Assembly: GCF_009914755.1 (NCBI RefSeq)
Contig: NC_060938.1
Length of the DNA: 64,000 nucleotides
Direction: 5' to 3' (one strand)
Source: the human T2T-CHM13v2.0 reference genome, Homo sapiens
Part shown: positions 55,661 through 64,000 of the stretch, piece by piece
Numbering within the stretch: position 1 is the first letter of the stretch
Layout: each line of letters begins with the position of its first letter
Notes under the pieces: model-generated
What the model saw: the letters and a program-made list of their open reading frames with translations, nothing else
What the model was told of the DNA's origin: nothing
Databases searched by the model: none
Program-made: the position numbers and the translations under genes

Positions 55661-56208
55661 ATTGCAAAATTCAAGAGGTCCCTAAGACCACCCTCACTTC
55701 TGACATCAGCTGTAATTTTGGGGTCCCCAAGACCACTCATAGGGTAAGTTGCTAGAAACACCCACGGAACTCAGCAAAGTTGTCATACCCACATTACACT
55801 CATGTTACTACAGTAGAAGGACACAGATTAAAATCAGCCAAAGGAAGAGGTACATAGGATATTGTCCAGAGACACCGAATCAAGGAGCTTCCAGTTGTCC
55901 TCTCACAGTAGAGTTGTGCAGATGCCTGTTTTTCCCAGCAGTGAAGCATGGCTGTACTCACGGGCTGTTGTCCACCAAGGAAGCTTGCTCGAGCTTGGTG
56001 TCCTGTCACGTAGGCATGGTTGACCATCCACATGGCCAGCGTAAGTCTCCAGGACGTCCAGAGGTCATGCTGATACTGTGTGGCTCTAGGTCTCCAGCTG
56101 AACAAAGACTCTTTAACGGGAAGGGCATCCCAAGGCTTAGCGGTTACCCCCTAGAACCCAAGGGTAAAGGCCAAACCCCTCGTTGGGCAAGGTTAATCCT
56201 TTACTGCA
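55661..56208. mobile_element. MER21-like LTR
   Basis: ggtccctaagaccaccctcacttctgacatc...gggtccccaagaccac...ctcacagtag motifs. Confidence 0.6.
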
Positions 56209-56348
56209 CAAGATACTCTTATTTTTGCTAAAGAGTTTACAGAAATACAGTATGGTTGTCACTTAGGGGCTTCCAGGTGAAGCCAGTATTTTTAAGAAGG
56301 AAATGTGTGCTAAGCTTTAATAACCAACATCTGAATTTTTCACATCGT

Positions 56349-56665
56349 TTTTTCTTTTCTTCTCTTTTTTTTTTTTTTTTTTTTTTGAGACAGGGTTTCA
56401 TTCTGTTGCCCAGGCTGGACTACAGTGGCATGATCGTAGCTCACTGCAGCCTTGACCTCCAGGGCTCAAGCAATACACCCACGTTAACCTCCTGAGTAAC
56501 TGGGACTACAGGTGCATGCCACCACACCCAGCTAATTTTTTATTTTTTTGTAGAGATGAGGTTTCACTGTGTTGCCCAGGCTCTCAAACTCTGGGCTCAA
56601 GCAGTTCTCCCACACTGGCCTCCCAAAGTGCTGGGGTTATAGGTGTGAGCCGCCATCCCCAGCCT
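56349..56665 (-). mobile_element. AluJ
   Basis: Antisense dimeric Alu with poly-T. Confidence 0.85.
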
Positions 56666-56988
56666 GAAATTTTCATATCTTGTGTTGTTACCTCTCCTCA
56701 CGACCTTATTTGCTGATTGGGATGAACGCTGAGCCTTCCATTTTATGTTTGGCTTAACCTAACCTCAGGAAGCTAGAGATTGATTTCACAATATTTTTTA
56801 CTTGTATGTGCGTGTGGCATTTTCTATCTCTAGTTCTAAATATATATCTCTATAACTTGGCCTAGGACCACCAGATGGCCTTAATAACTCTCTATGAGAA
56901 ATTATTCAAAATAAATGCAGCACAGTAAAGTTTTTTTTACCTCTTTTGAAATATCCTAAGTTCAAAATCTGTAAAATCCATAGATTAG

Positions 56989-57290
56989 GGCCAGGCGCAG
57001 TGGCTGATACCTGCAATCCCAGCACTTTGGGAGGCCGAGGCGGATGGACCACTTGAGGTCAGGAGTTCAAGACCAACCTGGCCAAAATGGTGAAAACCCA
57101 TCTCTACTAAAAATACAAAAATTTATCTGGGTGTGGTGGCGGGCACCTGTAGTCCCAGCTGAGGCATGAGAGTTGCTTGAACCCAGGAGATAGAGGTTGC
57201 AGTGAGCCGAGATTATGCCATCGCACTCTAGCATGGGCGACAGAGTAAGACTCTGTCTCTAAATAAATAAATAATAAAATAAAATAAATA
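56989..57290 (+). mobile_element. AluS
   Basis: Dimeric Alu with (TAAA)n tail. Confidence 0.88.
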
Positions 57291-57562
57291 GAATTGTTTT
57301 GAAGTTGCTTTGTTGAATTTATGGTTGTGATTTTAAAGTATTAGATGTTTTTTCATCCAGTAAGGCCTGAGGTATATTATTATAGTATTCTTAAAATATA
57401 TATGTAGAATATTGAGGGGGAATAAAATACTTTTTAGTCAGACTAAAAAGTGTTTTACTATTTATCATTATAAATAATTGGAATTTATTTCATTGAGTAA
57501 TCTGAGTTAATTGAAATTGTAATTTAATCTGAATTCTTTTTTTTTTGTCTTGTTCATGTTAG

Positions 57563-57820
<258 letters not shown>

Positions 57821-58178
57821 TGAATCCAGGTTTTTCCAAAGATGCAAAGAATGTCCCTGTTAGTTCTTATGAGGTCAGTTTTTCAAGACCTTCCTCTTTC
57901 TGATCTTCTGGTTAAGATAACCTAACTGGTTCATTATGGTTGGGCCAAACCAGCTCTGCCAAAACAGGTTAAAGGAAGTGGCCTCCCTCTTTCTTTCATT
58001 TGCAGTGTCCCAGTCTCACTGTCCAGGTAGCACCTCCTTCATCCTGGGCATGTACAGGCATGCACATACATTCACATTCCATGCATTACCCTCCAAAATC
58101 TAGTCCTTAAGAAATTCTACCTCTGTCTGCCACACTTAAGGATAATTAAATGTCTTTGTCCCAAATAGAAAGTCTAGA

Positions 58179-58530
58179 CCAGTGCTGGCTAATGGACTTT
58201 CTGCAGTGTTGGAAATATGCTGTCACTGCCACATGTGGCTGTGAAACACATGAAATGTGGCTAGTACAACTGAAAAGCCGAATTGTAAATTTTATTTAAT
58301 TTTAACTGATTTAAATTTAGGAGCCCATATAGCTAGTGACTACCATATTAGACAGTGTGCATCTAGACCATTGATTTTCAAATGTTAATATGAGTAAAAA
58401 AGACATAGGAACTTGTAAAAATGCAGATTCCTGGGCCCCACCTGCAAGACTCTGATCTAGGTCTAGGCTGGGGATCACCCTAGGTGATTTTAATTCTGGT
58501 GGCTCCCAATCCACACATTAGGATAACATG
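58179..58530. mobile_element. MER3/MER33-like element followed by a MER5A-like element
   Basis: gccacatgtggctgtgaaacacatgaaatgtggctagt; aaaaatgcagattcctgggccccacc. Confidence 0.6.
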
Positions 58531-60225
58531 TCTTATCCTAAAAGTAAGATGAGTTAGGGACTTCAGCAACTACAGCTTTCTTCTAGGTCTCATGATTTTT
58601 GTGGTAGTATCACACCCCTGATCAGACTCCATGTAACAGAATTGCAGTGCCAAGGCCTGTGATTACAAAGCTAATTCCTACCACCACTGCTGCTTTTTAA
58701 GCAAAAGCCTTGTGTAGTTGAACCACCAGTGTCGTATGTACAGATGTACCTGCTATCATGGAGCAGTGTGAGCTACCTTGACAACTGGTGCCTTCGTCAT
58801 GGTCTAGGAGGTGCATACCGACCATCTTCACGTTTAGCACTTGGTTTAGTCCTTCCTTTGCCACCACTTAGAGTAAGACAGCCATCATATCAGCCTCTTT
58901 TTACTCCATCAATAAGAACAGGAGCATCTTGTACTTCCTTTCTGAGCAGTGGCCTTTGAGCTTTTATACTAGATGTGCAGTATATACTGAGCAGAGTAGT
59001 ATATCTTAAAAGAAGGGATAGTGAGTTGGATAAAATAACCTCACAAAAGGTTCAGAAGACCAGCAGACAGTGGCTAGAAGTAGAGGACCTCAAAGCTAAA
59101 CTTCTTTCTTCCAAACATATAATAAATAGTTTTATTTTTTCATAAATAAAATACACTTAAAATACTTCGCGTACTGTTCTCAAATCCTTGAACTGACTTT
59201 TGTTGGGGAGAGTAATGGGAACAGTCATGTTATTCTATATCTCTTCTTTGGCTTAGATGATATTGGCTATTTTGTTATGAGTTAATCATGATGTTTTGGG
59301 CTAGGAGTTCACAGTCTACCCACTCAGGAACAGGGTTCCATCCTACCTTAAGGACCTTTCTCTTAGAGATTATTGCTGAAGTCATGAACATGGCTCAAGG
59401 AAGTCCTCCTGATTGGTAATAAATCATATATTCAAAAGGTTTACCTCTAAACTTGGGTATCCCCAGTCTCATCAGGTAGCTTATTTCACTAATCCTGGTC
59501 TGTTTTGTTTTCTACTCTTACAATCTGTTTAGAAAAAAATTATCAGTTGTATTTTTCCAGCTATATAGTCTTCCCATCTGCTCTAGTTTCTCTTTTAAGT
59601 TGAACAAGATTATCTTCATCTCCTTAAGATCTTGCATGCTATTCCCTGAATCAACATTCCCAGAATAACCTTTTCCTGGGGACATTAATCAGGCCAGACT
59701 TGCTGACTCCAAACTGTAGTGCCCTCATCTGAATGTTTAAAAGCTGCCTCAGACCCTTCTTCCATAGTTTCCTTTCAAGATAGTGTAAGATTGATCCTGA
59801 ACTAACTGCATTAAAATTACCTTCAATGGGAAAATGAAAAGATTCATCTCAGCTTCTTTCTCCTACTTTTCAAACGATAAGTATTTCTTTCACTTTGTTG
59901 TTAGTATTAGCAAGAATTCTTGGTGAGAATTTCTAATGCAATTTAGGGACTAGGGCACACGCCTTCTCCACCAGTAACAAAATAGTGCTACCAGGCTTGA
60001 ACTAATTTTTTTCTTTCAGCAAATTAAAGATGTTGCTATACTGTCTTCTGGCTTGCATTGTTTCTGATGAGAAGTCTGCTGTCATTCTTTTCTTTGTTCC
60101 TCTGAAAAAAATGGTAGGTACAATATAATATCTTTTTTCACTGGCTGCTTTTAAGATTTTCTCTTTATTACTGGTTTTAAGCAATTTAAATATGATGTGC
60201 CTTAGTGTAGTTTTCTCATGTTTCT

Positions 60226-63200
60226 TTTTTAATTATTATTATACTTTAAGTTCTGGGATACATGTGCAGAACATGCAGGTTTGTGGCATGGGTATACACA
60301 TGCCATGGTGGCTTGCTGTACCCATCAACCTGTCATCTACATTAGGTATTTCTCCTAAGCTATGCCTCCCATAGCCCCCTACACCCCGACAGGCCCCGGT
60401 GTGTGATGTTCCCCTCCCTGTGTCCATGTGTTCTCATTGTTCAACTCCCACTTATGAGTGAGAACATCCAGTGTTTGGTTTTCTGTCCCTGTGTTAGTTT
60501 GCTAAGAATGATGCTTTCCAGCTTCATCCATGTCCCTGCAAAGGACATGAACTCATCCTTTTTTATGGCTGCATAGTATTCCATGTTGTATATGTGTCAC
60601 ATTTTATCTAGTCTATCACTGATGGGCATTTGGATTGGTTCCAAGTCTTTGCTATTGTGAACAGTGCTGCAATAAATATACATGTGCATGTGTCTTTATA
60701 GTAGAATGATTTATAATCCTTTGTGTGTATACCCAAAATGGGATTGCTGGGTCAAATGGCATTTCTGGTTCTAGATCCTTGGGGAATCGCCACTCTATCT
60801 TCCACAATGGTTGAACTAATTTACACTCCTACCAACAGTGTAAAAGCATTCCTATTTCTTCACATCCTCTCCAGCACCTGACTTTTTAATGATCGCCTGA
60901 CTTTGTAACTTTTTTTTGTTTCCTGACTTTTTAATGATCGCCATTCTAACGGGAGTGAGATGGTATCTCATTGTGGTTTTGATTTGCATTTCTCTAATGA
61001 CCATTGATGATGAACTTTTTTTCATATGTTTGTTAGCCACATAAATGTCTTCTTTTGAGAAGTGTCTGTTCATATCCTTGACCTACTTTTGGATCGGGTT
61101 TTTTTTTCTTGTAAATTTAAATTCCTTGTAGATTCTGGATATTAGCCCTTTGTCAGATGGGTAGATTGCAGAAATTTTCTCCCATTCTGTAGGTTGCCTG
61201 TTCACTCTGATAATAGTTTCTTTTGCTGTACAGAAGCTTTTTAGTTTAATTAGATCCCATTTGTCAATTTTGGCTTTTGTTGCCATTGCTTTTGGTGTTT
61301 TAGTCATGAAGTCTTTGCCTATGCCTATGTCCTGAATGGTATTGCCTAGGTTTTCTTCTAGAGTTTTTATGGATTTAGGTCTTACATTTAAGTCTTTAAT
61401 CCGTCTTGAGTTAATTTTTGTATAAGGTGTAAGGAAGGGGTCCAGTTTCAGTTTTCTGCATATGGGTAGCCAGTTTTCCCAGCACCATTTATTAAATAGG
61501 GAATCCTTTCCCCATTGTCTTGTTTTTGTCAGGTTTGTCAAAGATCAGATGGTTGTAGATGAGTGGCATTATTTCTGAGGCCTCTGTTCTGTTCCATTGA
61601 TCTATATATCTGTTTTGGTGCCAGTACCATGCTGTTTTGATTACTGTAGCCTTGCAGTAGAGTTTGAAGTTAGGTAATGTGATGCCTCCAGCTTTATTCT
61701 TTTTGCTTAGGATTGTCTTGGCTATGCGGGCTCTTTTTTGATTCTATAGGAAATTTAAAGTAGTTTTTTCTAATTCTTAGAAGCAAGTCTGTGGTAGCTT
61801 GATGGGGATAGCATTGAATCTGTAAATTACTTTGGGTAGTATGGCCATTTTCACAATATTGATTCTTCCTATCCATGAGCATGGAATGTTTTTCCATTTG
61901 TTTGTGTCCTCTCTTATTTCCTTGAGCAGTGGTTTGTAGTTCTCCTTGAAGAGGTCGTTCACATCCTTGTAAGCTGTATTCCTAGGTATTTTATTCTCTT
62001 TGTAGCAATTGTGAATGGAAGTTCACTCATGATTTGGCCCTCTGTCTGTTATTGCTGTATAGGAATGCTTGTGATTTTTGCACATTGATTTTGTATCTTG
62101 AGACTTTGCTGAAGTTGCCTATCAGCTTAAGGAGATTTTGGGCTGAGACAGTGGGGTTTTCTAAATATACAGTCATGTCATCTGGAAACAGAGACAATTT
62201 GACTTCCTCTCTTCCTATTTAAATACCCTTTATTTCTTTCTCTTGGCTGATTGCCCTGTCTAGAACTTCCAATACTGTGTTGAGTAGGAGTGGTGAGAGA
62301 GGGCATCCTTGTCTTGTGCCGGTTTTCAAAGGGAATGCTTCCAGTTTTTGCTCATTCAGTATGATATTAGCTGTGGGTTTGTCATAAATAGCTCTTATTA
62401 TTTTGAGATAGGTTCCATCAGTACCTAGTTTATGGAGAGTTTTTAGCATGAAGGGCTGTTGAATTTTATTGAAGGCCTTTTCTGCATCTATTGAGATAAT
62501 CATGTGGTTTTTGTCATTGGTTCTGTTTATGTGATGGATTACGTTTATTGATTTGCATATGTTGAACCAGCCTTGCATCCCAGGGATGAAGCCAACTTGA
62601 TTATGGTGGATAAGCTTTTTGATGTGCTGCTGGATTCTGTCTGCCAGTATCTTATTGAGGATTTTCTCATTGATGTTCATCATGTATATTGGCCTGAAAT
62701 TTTCTGTTTTTGTTGTGTCTCTGCCAGGTTTTGGTATCAAGATGATGCTGGTCTCATAAAATGATTAGGGAGGAGTCCCTCTTTTTCTGTTGTTTGGAAT
62801 AGTTTCAGAAGGAATGGTACCAGCTCTTCTTCGTACCTCTGGTAGAATTCAGCTGTCAGTCCGTCTGATCCCGGGCTTTTTTTGGTTGGTAGGCTATTAA
62901 TTACTGCCTCAATTTCAGAACTTGTTATTGATCTATTCAGGGATTCGACTTCTTCTTGGTTTATACTTGGGAGGGTGTGTGTGTCCAGAAATCTATCCAT
63001 TTCTTCTAGACCTAGTTTATTTGCGTAGAGGTGTTTATAGTATTCTCTGATGGTAGTTTGTATTTCTGTGGGATCAGTGGTGATATCCCCTTTATCATTT
63101 TTACTGTGTCTATTTGATTCTTCTCTCTTTTCTTCTTTATTAATCTAACTAGCAGTCTATTTGTTGATCTTTTCAAAAAACCAGCTCCTGGATTCATTTT

Positions 63201-64000
63201 TTGAAGGGTTTTGTTGTATCTCTATCTCCTTCAGTTCTGCTCTGATCTTAGTTATTTCTTGTCTTCTGCTACCTTTTGAATTTGTTTGCTCTTGCTTTTC
63301 TAGTTCTTTTAATTGCGATGTTAGGGTGTTGATTTTAGATCTTTCCCACTTTTTTTCTGTGGGCATTTAGTGCTATAAATTTCTCTCTAAACACTGTTTT
63401 AGCTGTGTCTCAGAGATTCTGGTATGTTGTGTCTTTGTTCTCATTGGTTTCAAAGCACTTATTTATTTCTGCCTTGATTTCATTATTTACCCAATAGTCA
63501 TTCAGGGGCAGGTTTTTCAGTTTCCGTGTTGTTGTGCGGTTTTGAGTGATTTTCTTAATCCTGAGTTCTAATTTGATTGCACTGTGGTCTGAGAGACCGT
63601 TTGTTTTGATATCTGTTCTCTTGCATTTGCTGAGGAGTGTTTTACTTCCAATTATGTGGTCAGTTTTAGAATAAGTGCAATGTGGTGCTGAGAAGAATGT
63701 ATATTCTGTTGATTTGGGGTGGAGAGTTCTGTAGACATCTATTAGGTCTGCTTGGTCCAGAGCGGAGTTCAAGTCCTGAATATCCTTGTTAATTTTCTAT
63801 CTCGCTGATCTAATATTGACAGTGGGGTGTTAAAATCTCCCACTATGATTGTGTGGGAGTCTGAGTCTGTTTGTAGGTCTCTAAGGACTTGCTTCATGAA
63901 TCTGGGTGCTCCTGTATTGGGTGTATATATATTTAGGATAGTTGGCTCTTCTCGCTACATTGATCCCTTTACCGTAGCTTTTCTTTGTCTTTTTTGATCT
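60226..64000 (-). mobile_element. L1PA (older, about PA7-8-like), continues beyond the window; adjoins an older L1M ORF1 remnant (about 60000-60225)
   Basis: 3'UTR and ORF2 fragments back to the endonuclease domain ([21 protein letters not shown]). Confidence 0.92.

Noticed and set aside
60877-60942. Repeated cctgactttttaatgatcgcc inside L1
   Set aside because: Local slippage duplication within a dead L1; no functional indication.

Overview
Primate (human or close hominoid) genomic DNA lying entirely inside the PCNX1 (pecanex 1) gene on the + strand. I traced 17 internal coding exons (382-57793, 2341 nt, about 780 codons). All are bounded by AG/GT, their phases are mutually consistent, and the spliced frame has no stops. 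One intron (32134-33255) is a U12/minor-spliceosome GT-AG intron. The introns are rich in Alu, L1, Tigger, Charlie/MER and LTR elements and carry two antisense retrocopies: a 5' fragment of GTF3A and a TSD-flanked TTC7B retrocopy. The TTC7B copy is the most unusual item. It appears to fossilise a non-canonical transcript in which an LTR-derived first exon joins internal TTC7B coding exons that then read into an intron and end at an intronic poly(A) site. Other oddities are a twin-primed L1PA2-like insertion, two L1 copies sharing private mutations including a nonsense codon, an Alu with an exact 148-bp duplication and no tail, and interleaved inverted repeats. Gene and repeat family names come from recognition, not database searches. 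Repeat boundaries are approximate.
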